Source of the DNA: Veleropilina oligotropha
Lineage: Eukaryota
Assembly: GCA_048128005.1 (NCBI GenBank)
Contig: JBEUKZ010000019.1
Coordinates: 434,001 to 498,000 of the forward strand
Length of the DNA: 64,000 bases
Direction of reading: 5' to 3'
Under the pieces are notes generated by a model. That model searched no databases and was not told the origin of the DNA. It saw only the letters and a list, made by a program, of their open reading frames with translations. Position 1 is the stretch's first letter. Every line of letters starts with the position of its first letter. Made by a program: the position numbers and the translations under genes. This document shows positions 14,069 to 26,643 of this stretch, in pieces.

Positions 14069-15949
14069 TATCTTGCAGATTCAAATTTTGGTATATCAGC
14101 AACAGATGGGAAGAACGCATTTCTGTTTTGGTCTTCTAACTTTCACTTATTTTTCAACCAAGTTTCAGCTACAGTCGCTAATATTTTTAACGAGATTTAT
14201 TTTACACATCACTTGATGATGAAAATAGCACAATTCTCTTTGAGTGATTCTGTGGGTAATTCTCCGCCGGTTATTGGTCTGAAGGAAGTGATGCTAGCAC
14301 CAGTCTCCAACCACTTTGTATTCGAAAAATGATTAGATAATCTCCAGAGCTGGGATGGGTTCATCGTCTTTTAATATCAGATACCATCTATATGTTGCAT
14401 TTAATGATCACCAAGATTGAAGAGTCGAAATGTCAAACAGGGAGAATTCTCAAAGATTATCAATTATCATATGTAACCGATCAGCAGCCTGGATTCTGTC
14501 ATGTGATTTACTACTGTACAATCAGTAGTTCCTGTTTGGTATGTTATCTGATATTCCTTAAGCAAAATACAACATGACACAGTGTATTAGTGTATTTGAA
14601 GTGCTTTTTCCAAAACGTGCTAAGTCACCTTTTGCAAATTTTTGAATAACCTCTCTTACTCTGTATGCAAATACATTACGCTCATAATAACTATAAAATA
14701 GTTAACAAAAACGAGCTCAGTCCAAAGATATAGTTTGAGGAGTGGGTGGTAATTTTCCAAAAGGTTCCGAGTCAATCGTATGCCATTTTCCAAATCGTAA
14801 AAACAGGATCGTAATGAAAGGTGGTGAGTTGGTATGCTAAAGTTCCTATTTGTTTTTGTGTGTGTTTATTGTCCATTGTAACATCTATGATGTAACATGC
14901 TCACATTATCTCGTGAAGGAAGTCAGATTATCCGGTGAAACCCACTCCCTCCGGTCGGTACCAGTTACTGTTATGGTCAAAGGTAACTGATAACTGAACA
15001 AGATTCACAGTTGGACGATTTGAATCGATTCCAGCTAGCTAGTTTAGAGTACTTAGTCAAACAAATGAATTAAGAGCCCATGCCTTATCCACTAGTAATC
15101 CACCACCAGGCAACCATGCAACACTGAGGCAAGAAATAACATATTGAATATTAATAATTATTATTAATATATAATGAGAAAATGGCAAACAGACAATAGA
15201 ATAGTATACATATCAAATAACAATATATGATGCATGCTTTGATGTGCAGTCGGCCTGTAATCTAGCTTGTTTTACAATGATACAATGCAGGACTGAACAG
15301 GTTTTGGAAAATATTCAAGTTTAAATGTGTATTTATTGTATAATATTTAAAATAAATAAAAGTATGTTCATAGTATTAATTACAATGGCTTAATGTATGT
15401 TTAGACAGAAAAACATGTTTCAAAGTTAAGAAATATTTATCTTAATACACAAACGTTGCATCTGTGTAATTTTGCTTTCATTGATAATGATACTTAAATA
15501 TTTGTTATGTACTTTTATAGTTATATATGAACAGAATCATTACAACTAAAACAAATAACATATTTTGCATGACTAGCTGTTTCTGAATTTTGCTTTCTTT
15601 TATGCATGGCCAAGGTTTCATTCAGAAGTTTCTTTTACATAACCATAAACACCATCTGCTGTTATTAATTACTGTCGCTGTATTCAGAAATTCCAAATTC
15701 ACCCACAAGATATTTCTCCGTTATACATTTCTGTGTAGCAATTGAAGACACAATCTTCAGTTCAAGACTTTTCAATACAAATTGTTCGACTTATCATTTC
15801 CTTTGCTGCGCTTCATTGTCATTTCATTCTCAATTCTTGCAATAAATTATTATTTCTCTTGCAACTTTCAGTAATTCTGTACCAGGCAAACTCAGGAATG
15901 CTTTGTCTTCCACAGTTATCGTCGTCTTTCCAGCAGAAAGTAGAAATAC

Positions 15950-16200
15950 AGCCTGGCTGTGTGGTTATGATGTTGGACCACGAAGTCGGTGATCTGCGTT
16001 CGATCAGTAGTCTGCCAGAAAACTCTGTCTCCATTGCACACAATCCATTTCATGATTCAACGTTGATTGATCTGATTTTGACTATAACTCACAAACAATT
16101 GCAGAAGGTGGGCACGGTTTATGAAGAATACATTTTGATCTAAAACTGAGGATCACAGTTATTTCTGGAGATGGTGCCCGTGTTGACATTACACATCCTT
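15950..16200 (+). mobile_element. Degenerate tRNA-derived SINE
   Basis: A-box-like TGGCTGTGTGG then TTATGATGTTGGACCAC and B-box GTTCGATC; the head resembles the reverse complement of the 56-bp satellite unit. 3' boundary approximate. Confidence 0.5.
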
Positions 16201-16215
16201 TCCTCCATACTTTAA

Positions 16216-16439
16216 GGCCACACCGATAGCTGATTGGTTAAGAGCTCGGCCACACCGATAGCTGATTGGTTAAGAGCTCGGCCATACCGATAGCTGATTG
16301 GTTAAGAGCTCGGCCACACCGATAGCTGATTGGTTAAGAGCTCGGCCACACCGATAGCTGATTGGTTAAGAGCTCGGCCACACCGATAGCTGATTGGTTA
16401 AGAGCTCGGCCACACCGATAGCTGATTGGTTAAGAGCTC
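16216..16439 (+). repeat. 32-bp repeat x7 formed from a SINE 5' head (A box)
   Basis: Unit GGCCACACCGATAGCTGATTGGTTAAGAGCTC, followed directly by a SINE body (16440-16617) resembling the 18337 family. Confidence 0.9.
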
Positions 16440-17119
16440 TGACTTTGAATTCACTCGCTTGACTGCTCTTTGTTCAGTTAGCAGTGAGTTTTCCATAACT
16501 GGTTGCTGAAGGTGAATTTTCTCCGGTCGCCAGGTTTTTACTCGCGATAATATGAACATGTCCCGATATAAACCCGAACGTTTTTAAACATGGAACATGA
16601 AGCATGAATCCAAACCAGACTGATACATTACACTCACACGACAGCCTCGATACAACGCGCCTCGGTATAGCGCGGAATCTGTTATAACGCGGGGTTAACC
16701 ATGGTTCCCCAAATATTTGTGTCTTTAAATGTACTATCATGTTGGACCGGTATTTGCAGACATTGAATATTGTATTTGATGCAATATCCTGGAAATCATA
16801 CATCGTTTTGTGCAATCTGAACGATCTCTCAACTAAAGATTCGAGGTATGCTTGACATTGGTGTATACCCGGTACATGTATATCATGATTTTGATGGATC
16901 ACTGCATATTGCTGATTATTTATTGCCTATCGAGCGAGAATTGGGAATGTGAATGTATGTTTATTATTTCACTTTTTTGTTTATTTGTGAAAATGAGAAG
17001 ATAAAATTGATGCACAAATTAATTTTGTTGTCTTACTGTAATTGGTGTTTCTCTTTTCACATGGGACAGCACTGTGAATTGGGGTAAAAATGGCTCCCGA
17101 AAAGTTTCATCTACAAATA

Positions 17120-17310
17120 AGATTGGATCGATGTCCCATATACTGTATTTACAACCTTTGATTCAAACCGGGACATGTCCATGTTATCATAGGAGGAAAT
17201 CCTGGTCGCCTGGGAAAACCAGCTCTCTCCAACCAGTCGCCTGGGACAACCAGCTCTCTCCAACCAGTTATGTAAAACTGTGATTGGTAACTGAACAAAT
17301 CTAACGTACA
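17120..17310 (-). mobile_element. Partial tRNA-derived SINE (18337 family)
   Basis: GGACATGTCCATGTTATCATAGGAGGAAATCCTGGTCGCC...AACTGTGATTGGTAACTGAACAAAT, with a small internal duplication. Confidence 0.65.
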
Positions 17311-17429
17311 ACAATACAAGAATGTTGTCTGAAATTCTTCCAAAAATCTTCGTGACAATGCTGGTGCAAAAAGCCAAATGTAACAAGTGTGTTTGGGGTC
17401 TCCATTTGCATCTATATGTTGTCAATTCA

Positions 17430-18157
17430 TTTTTAGCTCGACTATTCTAAAATAGTACGAGCTATTGCAGTCACCCTGTCGTCGGCGTTGGCGTCAAACT
17501 TCAGGTTAACATTTTGCATGAAGGGTCGTTTCTCACAAATTTTTCAAACTACAACTTTCAAACTTCATACACTTGTTCAATGTCATTATGCGACCTTACA
17601 TATTAGGCGTAATAACTCTGGCTTCGTTGTTTTACCAAATTATTCCCCTTTTTCGACTTAGACAAGTCAGGTTAATGTTTTGCATGAAGGGTCTTTTCTC
17701 ACAATTTTTTCACACTACACCTTTCAAACTTCATACACTTGTTCAACGTCATTATGCGACCTTACATTACAGGCGTAATAAATCTGGCTTCGTTATTTTA
17801 CCAAATTATTCCCCTTTTTCGACTTAGACAATTCAGGTTAATGTTTTGCATGAAGGGCCTATTCTCACAAAGTCAACTTCAGGTTAACATTTTGCATGAA
17901 GGGCCTTTTCTCACAAAGTGTTCACACTACAGCCTTGAAACTTCATACGCTTGTCACATCATTATGCGAACTTGCAATACAAGGGCCATAACTCTAGCTT
18001 CATTTTTACCAAATTATTTCCATTTTTCGACTTAGATAATTCAGGTTAATGTTTTGCATGAAGGGCCTTTTCTCACAAACTGTTCACACTACAGCCTTGA
18101 AAGTTCATCGATCTAGCTTTTGATAGTCGAGCATGCTGTCCTTCTGACAGCTCTTGT
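17430..18157 (+). mobile_element. Helentron/DINE-like non-autonomous element with ~166-bp internal repeats
   Basis: Starts TTTTTAGCTCGACTAT; subterminal IR GCTCGACTAT/ATAGTCGAGC; GGCGTT/GGCGTC microsatellite; 3' hairpin GCTGTC-CTTCT-GACAGC then TCTTGT. Confidence 0.75.
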
Positions 18158-18336
18158 ATTTTTGAAAGTTAAGCCACCACTGTTGCATTGTAAATGTCAT
18201 GGTTTTCAATTCATCTATCTTCTCAACATTGACGCCTTGCCAACACGGAGTTATCACTATTGGTAGTCCAAATTGAGCGGGTAAATTTCATCTATCTGAT
18301 CTTCGAGGTTTTCCTGGAATACGAACATGATCATGT

Positions 18337-18592
18337 GGAGGAATTATGCTTAATGTCCTGTATGTTTATAACATCTAGGTTCAAGGCAGGACATGTCCGT
18401 GTTATCGCGGGAGGAAACCCCGGTCGCCGGGTAAACCCGCCCTCTTCGGCCAGTCACGGACAACTGTGCTTCATAACTTGAACAAATGTGTGCTGCCTCA
18501 CCCGGGGGTCGATCCCACTACTGTTCGCGTCAGCGGAAACAAGCCAGTGAATTTAGAGTGGACACTCTACCCACTGCGCTACCGAAGCGGCC
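18337..18592 (-). mobile_element. Full-length tRNA-derived SINE (V-domain-like core) with 11-bp TSD
   Basis: Minus strand has A box TAGCGCAGTGG, B-box-like GGATCGACCCC and core GGGTTTACCCGGCGACCGGGGTTTCCTCC; TSD CATGATCATGT at 18326-18336 and 18593-18603. Confidence 0.85.
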
Positions 18593-18979
18593 CATGATCA
18601 TGTACATAAAATCATAACGCAGTTGAATGACATTTTATTTGGCATCGTTGTTAAAATAAACACTGACATCATCTTCATGTTCAAGCTGTGACTACCTGGT
18701 GGTAATGGACAAGAGAGTGGCCCTCAATTCACTCCTCGACTTCTTTGAATATGCCGTGGGTGTGAATCCTCAACTTGGCATAGTTAAGCGGACATTTCAT
18801 TTATGCGGAAATAGTCTCCGGTATGTCAAAAATGGAAATGGGGCTTTTTATGAAGGAGAGATTGCAGCAACGGCATCCGTCAAAAAGAATCACTTGATGT
18901 GGCGATTGATGCCATTGCCGAAGGGTTACCGGACTGGGAATCCCCACAATATTTTCACAGGCTTTTCCATTCTTTGTAG

Positions 18980-19495
18980 TAATAATAATAATAATAAGGA
19001 CATTTCTATAGCGCTATAAATCCACGCCACGAAGGGGCATGCTCAAAGTGCAACATTTTAAATATATAAATAAGCTATGAAGAAAGTCGATGAGAATAAC
19101 GTTGGAACAGAAAAGTTTTCAGTCTTGATTTGAAACTGGATAGAGTCGGTGCTGTCTTTAAAGAGAGAGGAAGAGGGTTCCATAGCTTGGCCGCAATGTT
19201 AGGGAAGGCCCTTCCGCCATAGGTGTTCATCTTGATAGGAGGAACCGAGAGTAGACACTGATGATTGGAGCGGAGATTTTTTGAAGATCTGTGCTGTATA
19301 AGGTCTTGGAGGTAGGATGGCGCATTGCCTTGTAAGGTCTGATATACAAGAGACAAGATCTTAAATTCAATTCTTTCCGGAACATGAAGCCAGTGCAGTG
19401 AACGTAGAATGGGAGAAATATGTTCACCAGTTTTAGTACGAGTAACAATACGAGCGGCTTTGTTTTGTATTTTCTGCAATCTAGTGAGCAAATAG
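18980..19495 (-). mobile_element. L2-group LINE 3' fragment
   Basis: ORF 19075-19491 (RLQKIQNKAARIV...HISPILRSLHWL...ERIEFKIL...GGRAF...LWNPLP...FKSRLKTFLF) is a typical L2 ORF2 C-terminus; short 3'UTR with GCGCTATAGAAAT and a (TTA)n tail. Confidence 0.9.
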
Positions 19496-20034
19496 CTCTA
19501 GCTTCTCTTGGCTGACACTCCGGTCATAATAATTGGGTAAATTGTTCTCTGTTGAAACTTCTCTCCAAGTTTTTGTTCATTATAATAACACCCCTTCTGT
19601 CATCATAATAACACCCCTTCTGTCGTCATAATAACACCTCTTCTGTTTGAACGGGATACTATGCGCCTAACAGCGATCTATTCTTATCTTCTTGTCTTTC
19701 GATTTCAATAGTTCAGAAGCGATTCTTGTGATCAAAATTACGTCTTGCTCCAACAGAAATTGTTGTATGAAATATTTCGATCCATTTCTGTGAGAGGTTG
19801 ATGGCGAAAATAATGAAACCGCATGTGTTTGCCTGCCTTGCATATGGAATCTTGCATAATTGTCCTGATGCCGGATTGCCACAAATATGGAACGTTAGCT
19901 TGAACATCCAAAATTGTCCAAAACGGGTCTGCGTAGCTGACGACCATTCATCTCTCGATTATATGGACATGTAGAGAAATGATTTGATTAGAATCAATTT
20001 TATTTTATTTTAACATTATTTCAGTCGTACCTAT

Positions 20035-20141
20035 AGTCTGTGTCACCGGTTTAACGTCTCATCCGACAGACGGATACTGTGTGCAATGCAGACGAGGTAT
20101 ACCTGTGACAAATTCTTGCCACTCCAGGGAATTCAAACTCC
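20035..20141 (-). mobile_element. tRNA-derived SINE body (Deu/Nin-like domain) whose head seeds the 56-bp satellite
   Basis: Minus strand: B box GTTTGAATTCC (20128-20138) and CCGTCTGTCGGATGAGACGTTAAACC (~20048-20074), a motif I recall from Deu/Nin SINE cores. Confidence 0.65.
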
Positions 20142-23100
20142 GATACCTAGTGGTCCAGCATCATAACCACTAAGCTACGTCCCCTGAAGGGTATTAAGAT
20201 ACCTAGTGGTCCAGCATCATAACCAATAAGCTACGGCCCCTGAAGGGTATTAAGATACCTAGTGGTCCAGCATCATAACCACTAAGCTACGTCCCCTGAA
20301 GGGTATTAAGATACCTAGTGGTCCAGCATCATAACCAATAAGCTACGGCCCCTGAAGGGTATTAAGATACCTAGTGGTCCAGCATCATAACCACTAAGCT
20401 ACGTCCCCTGAAGGCTATTAAGATACCTAGTGGTCCAGCATCATAACCACTAAGCTACGGCCCCTGAAGGCTATTAAGATACCTAGTGGTCCAGCATCAT
20501 AACCACTAAGCTACGGCCCCTGAAGGGTATTAAGATACCTAGTGGTCCAGCATCATAACCACTAAGCTACGTCCCCTGAAGGCTATTAAGATACCTAGTG
20601 GTCCAGCATCGTAACCAATAAGCTACGTCCCCTGAAGGGTATTAAGATACCTAGTGGTCCAGCATCATAACCACTAAGCTACGTCCCCTGAAGGCTATTA
20701 AGATACCTAGTGGTCCAGCATCGTAACCAATAAGCTACGTCCCCTGAAGGGTATTAAGATACCTAGTGGTCCAGCATCATAACCACTAAGCTACGTCCCC
20801 TGAAGGCTATTAAGATACCTAGTGGTCCAGCATCATAACCAATAAGCTACGGCCCCTGAAGGGTATTAAGATACCTAGTGGTCCAGCATCATAACCAATA
20901 AGCTACGGCCCCTGAAGGGTATTAAGATACCTAGTGGTCCAGCATCATAACCAATAAGCTACGGCCCCTGAAGGGTATTAAGATACCTAGTGGTCCAGCA
21001 TCATAACCACTAAGCTACGGCCCCTGAAGGGTATTAAGATACCTAGCGGTCCAGCATCATAACCACTAAGCTACGTCCCCTGAAGGGTATTAAGATACCT
21101 AGTGGTCCAGCATCATAACCACTGAGCTACAGCCCCTGAAGGGTATTAAGATACCTAGTGGTCCAGCATCATAACCACTAAGCTACGGCCCCTGAAGGGT
21201 ATTAAGATACCTAGTGGTCCAGCATCATAACCACTAAGCTACGTCCCCTGAAGGGTATTAAGATACCTAGTGGTCCAGCATCATAACCACTGAGCTACAG
21301 CCCCTGAAGGGTATTAAGATACCTAGTGGTCCAGCATCATAACCAATAAGCTACGGCCCCTGAAGGGTATTAAGATACCTAGTGGTCCAGCATCATAACC
21401 ACTAAGCTACGGCCCCTGAAGGGTATTAAGATACCTAGTGGTCCAGCATCATAACCACTAAGCTACGGCCCCTGAAGGCTATTAAGATACCTAGTGGTCC
21501 AGCATCATAACCACTGAGCTACAGCCCCTGAAGGGTATTAAGATACCTAGTGGTCCAGCATCATAACCACTAAGCTACGGCCCCTGAAGGGTATTAAGAT
21601 ACCTAGTGGTCCAGCATCATAACCACTAAGCTACGTCCCCTGAAGGGTATTAAGATACCTAGTGGTCCAGCATCATAACCAATAAGCTACGGCCCCTGAA
21701 GGGTATTAAGATACCTAGTGGTCCAGCATCATAACCACTAAGCTACATCCCCTGAAGGGTATTAAGATACCTAGTGGTCCAGCATCATAACCACTAAGCT
21801 ACATCCCCTGAAGGGTATTAAGATACCTAGTGGTCCAGCATCATAACCACTAAGCTACGTCCCCTGAAGGGTATTAAGATACCTAGTGGTCCAGCATCAT
21901 AACCAATAAGCTACGGCCCCTGAAGGGTATTAAGATACCTAGTGGTCCAGCATCATAACCACTAAGCTACGGCCCCTGAAGGCTATTAAGATACCTAGTG
22001 GTCCAGCATCATAACCACTGAGCTACAGCCCCTGAAGGGTATTAAGATACCTAGTGGTCCAGCATCATAACCAATAAGCTACGGCCCCTGAAGGGTATTA
22101 AGATACCTAGTGGTCCAGCATCATAACCAATAAGCTACGGCCCCTGAAGGGTATTAAGATACCTAGTGGTCCAGCATCATAACCACTAAGCTACGGCCCC
22201 TGAAGGGTATTAAGATACCTAGTGGTCCAGCATCATAACCACTAAGCTACATCCCCTGAAGGGTATTAAGATACCTAGTGGTCCAGCATCATAACCACTG
22301 CGCTACAGCCCCTGAAGGGTATTAAGATACCTAGTGGTCCAGCATCATAACCACTAAGCTACATCCCCTGAAGGGTATTAAGATACCTAGTGGTCCAGCA
22401 TCATAACCACTGAGCTACAGCCCCTGAAGGGTATTAAGATACCTAGTGGTCCAGCATCATAACCAATAAGCTACGGCCCCTGAAGGGTATTAAGATACCT
22501 AGTGGTCCAGCATCATAACCAATAAGCTACGGCCCCTGAAGGGTATTAAGATACCTAGTGGTCCAGCATCATAACCACTAAGCTACGGCCCCTGAAGGGT
22601 ATTAAGATACCTAGTGGTCCAGCATCATAACCACTAAGCTACGGCCCCTGAAGGGTATTAAGATACCTAGTGGTCCAGCATCATAACCAATAAGCTACGG
22701 CCCCTGAAGGGTATTAAGATACCTAGTGGTCCAGCATCATAACCACTAAGCTACATCCCCTGAAGGGTATTAAGATACCTAGTGGTCCAGCATCATAACC
22801 ACTAAGCTACATCCCCTGAAGGGTATTAAGATACCTAGTGGTCCAGCATCATAACCACTAAGCTACGGCCCCTGAAGGGTATTAAGATACCTAGTGGTCC
22901 AGCATCATAACCACTAAGCTACAGCCCCTGAAGGGTATTAAGATGCCTAGTGGTCCAGCATCATAACCACTGAGCTACGTCCCCTGAAGGCTATTAAGAT
23001 ACCTAGTGGTCCAGCATCATAACCACTAAGCTACGTCCCCTGAAGGGTATTAAGATACCTAGTGGTCCAGCATCATAACCACTAAGCTACGGCCCCTGAA

Positions 23101-26100
23101 GGCTATTAAGATACCTAGTGGTCCAGCATCATAACCACTGAGCTACAGCCCCTGAAGGGTATTAAGATACCTAGTGGTCCAGCATCGTAACCAATAAGCT
23201 ACGGCCCCTGAAGGGTATTAAGATACCTAGTGGTCCAGCATCATAACCACTAAGCTACGGCCCCTGAAGGCTATTAAGATACCTAGTGGTCCAGCATCAT
23301 AACCACTGAGCTACAGCCCCTGAAGGGTATTAAGATACCTAGTGGTCCAGCATCGTAACCAATAAGCTACGGCCCCTGAAGGGTATTAAGATACCTAGTG
23401 GTCCAGCATCATAACCACTAAGCTACGTCCCCTGAAGGGTATTAAGATACCTAGTGGTCCAGCATCATAACCACTAAGCTACATCCCCTGAAGGGTATTA
23501 AGATACCTAGTGGTCCAGCATCGGAACCACTAAGCTACGGCCCCTGAAGGCTATGAAGATACCTAGTGGTCCAGCATCATAACCACTAAGCTACGTCCCC
23601 TGAAGGGTATTAAGATACCTAGTGGTCCAGCATCATAACCACTAAGCTACGGCCCCTGAAGGCTATTAAGATACCTAGTGGTCCAGCATCGGAACCACTA
23701 AGCTACGTCCCCTGAAGGCTATTAAGATACCTAGTGGTCCAGCATCGTAACCACTAAGCTACGGCCCCTGAAGGCTATTAAGATACCTAGTGGTCCAGCA
23801 TCATAACCACTAAGCTACGTCCCCTGAAGGGTATTAAGATACCTAGTGGTCCAGCATCGTAACCAATAAGCTACGGCCCCTGAAGGCTATTAAGATACCT
23901 AGTGGTCCAGCATCATAACCACTAAGCTACGTCCCCTGAAGGCTATGAAGATACCTAGTGGTCCAGCATCGGAACCACTAAGCTACGTCCCCTGAAGGCT
24001 ATTAAGATACCTAGTGGTCCAGCATCGTAACCACTGAGCTACAGCCCCTGAAGGCTATTAAGATACCTAGTGGTCCAGCATCATAACCACTAAGCTACGT
24101 CCCCTGAAGGCTATTAAGATACCTAGTGGTCCAGCATCATAACCACTAAGCTACGTCCCCTGAAGGGTATTAAGATACCTAGTGGTCCAGCATCGTAACC
24201 AATAAGCTACGGCCCCTGAAGGCTATTAAGATACCTAGTGGTCCAGCATCATAACCACTAAGCTACGTCCCCTGAAGGCTATTAAGATACCTAGTGGTCC
24301 AGCATCATAACCACTAAGCTACGGCCCCTGAAGGGTATTAAGATACCTAGTGGTCCAGCATCATAACCACTGATCTACAGCCCCTGAAGGGTATTAAGAT
24401 ACCTAGTGGTCCAGCATCATAACCACTAAGCTACGTCCCCTGAAGGCTATTAAGATACCTAGTGGTCCAGCATCATAACCACTAAGCTACGTCCCCTGAA
24501 GGCTATTAAGATACCTAGTGGTCCAGCATCATAACCACTGCGCTACAGCCCCTGAAGGGTATTAAGATACCTAGTGGTCCAGCATCATAACCACTAAGCT
24601 ACGGCCCCTGAGGGGTATTAAGATACCTAGTGGTCCAGCATCATAACCACTAAGCTACGTCCCCTGAAGGCTATTAAGATACCTAGTGGTCCAGCATCAT
24701 AACCACTAAGCTACGGCCCCTGAAGTGTATTAAGATACCTAGTGGTCCAGCATCATAACCAATAAGCTACGGCCCCTGAAGGGTATTAAGATACCTAGTG
24801 GTCCAGCATCATAACCAATAAGCTACGGCCCCTGAAGGGTATTAAGGTACCTAGTGGTCCAGCATCATAGCCACTGAGCTACAGCCCCTGAAGGCTATTA
24901 AGATACCTAGTGGTCCAGCATCGTAACCACTAAGCTACGGCCCCTGAAGGGTATTAAGATACCTAGTGGTCCAGCACCATAACCACCGAGCTACAGCCCC
25001 TGAAGGCTATTAAGATACCTAGTGGTCCAGCATCATAACCACTAAGCTACACCCCCTGAAGGGTATTAAGATACCTAGTGGTCCAGCATCATAACCAATA
25101 AGCTACGGCCCCTGAAGGGTATTAAGATACCTATAGCTAGTGGTCCAGCATCGTAACCAATAAGCTACGTCCCCTGAAGGGTATTAAGATACCTAGTGGT
25201 CCAGCATCATAACCACTAAGCTACGTCCCCTGAAGGGTATTAAGATGCCTAGTGGTCCAGCATCATAACCACTAAGCTACGTCCCCTGAAGGGTATTAAG
25301 ATACCTAGTGGTCCAGCATCATAACCACTAAGCTACGGCCCCTGAAGGGTATTAAGATACCTAGTGGTCCAGCATCATAACCACTAAGCTACGTCCCCTG
25401 AAGGGTATTAAGATACCTAGTGGTCCAGCATCGTAACCAATAAGCTACGTCCCCTGAAGGCTATTAAGATACCTAGTGGTCCAGCATCATAACCACTAAG
25501 CTACGGCCCCTGAAGGGTATTAAGATACCTAGTGGTCCAGCATCATAACCACTAAGCTACGGCCCCTGAAGGGTATTAAGATACCTAGTGGTCCAGCATC
25601 ATAACCACTGAGCTACAGCCCCTGAAGGCTATTAAGATACCTAGTGGTCCAGCATCATAACCACTAAGCTACGGCCCCTGAAGGCTATTAAGATACCTAG
25701 TGGTCCAGCATCATAACCACTAAGCTACGTCCCCTGAAGGGTATTAAGACACCTAGTGGTCCAGCATCATAACCAATAAGCTACGGCCCCTGAAGGGTAT
25801 TAAGATACCTAGTGGTCCAGCATCATAACCACTAAGCTACGGCCCCTGAAGGGTATTAAGATACCTAGTGGTCCAGCATCATAACCACTAAGCTACGTCC
25901 CCTGAAGGGTATTAAGATGCCTAGTGGTCCAGCATCATAACCACTAAGCTACGTCCCCTGAAGGGTATTAAGATGCCTAGTGGTCCAGCATCATAACCAC
26001 TAAGCTACGTCCCCTGAAGGGTATTAAGATACCTAGTGGTCCAGCATCATAACCACTAAGCTACGGCCCCTGAAGGGTATTAAGATACCTAGTGGTCCAG

Positions 26101-26643
26101 CATCATAACCACTAAGCTACGTCCCCTGAAGGGTATTAAGATACCTAGTGGTCCAGCATCATAACCACTAAGCTACGTCCCCTGAAGGGTATTAAGATAC
26201 CTAGTTGTCCAGCATCATAACCAATAAGCTATGGCCACTGAACGGTATTAAGATACCTAGTGGTCCAGCATCATAACCACTAAGCTACGGCCCCTGAAGG
26301 GTATTAAGATACCTAGTGGTCCAGCATCATAACCACTAAGCTATGTCCCCTGAAGGGTATTAAGATACCTAGTGGTCCAGCATCATAATCAATAAGCTAC
26401 GGCCCCTGAAGGGTATTAAGATACCTAGTGGTCCAGCATCATAACCACTAAGCTACGTCCCCTGAAGGGTATTAAGATACCTAGTGGTCCAGCATCATAA
26501 CCAATAAGCTACGGCCCCTGAAGGGTATTAAAATACCTAGTGGTCCAGCATCATAACCACTGAGCTACGTTCCCTGAAGGGTATTAAGATACCTAGTGGT
26601 CCAGCATCATAACCACTAAGCTACGTCCCCTGAAGGCTATTAA
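20142..26643. repeat. 56-bp satellite, ~116 copies, between the two genes
   Basis: Unit GATACCTAGTGGTCCAGCATCATAACCACTAAGCTACGTCCCCTGAAGGGTATTAA; period 56 (TCATAACC at 20161 and 20217). Confidence 0.98.

Noticed and set aside
15742..16143. 133-aa ORF as a third gene
   Set aside because: No recognisable protein features; overlaps a degenerate SINE.
16641..16710. Tc1/pogo-like MITE terminus (CCTCGATACAACGCG...GTTATAACGCG)
   Set aside because: Only one degenerate end seen, with no partner TIR or TSD.
20142..26643. tRNA gene cluster
   Set aside because: Units contain only an A-box half, with no B box or T arm and no cloverleaf.
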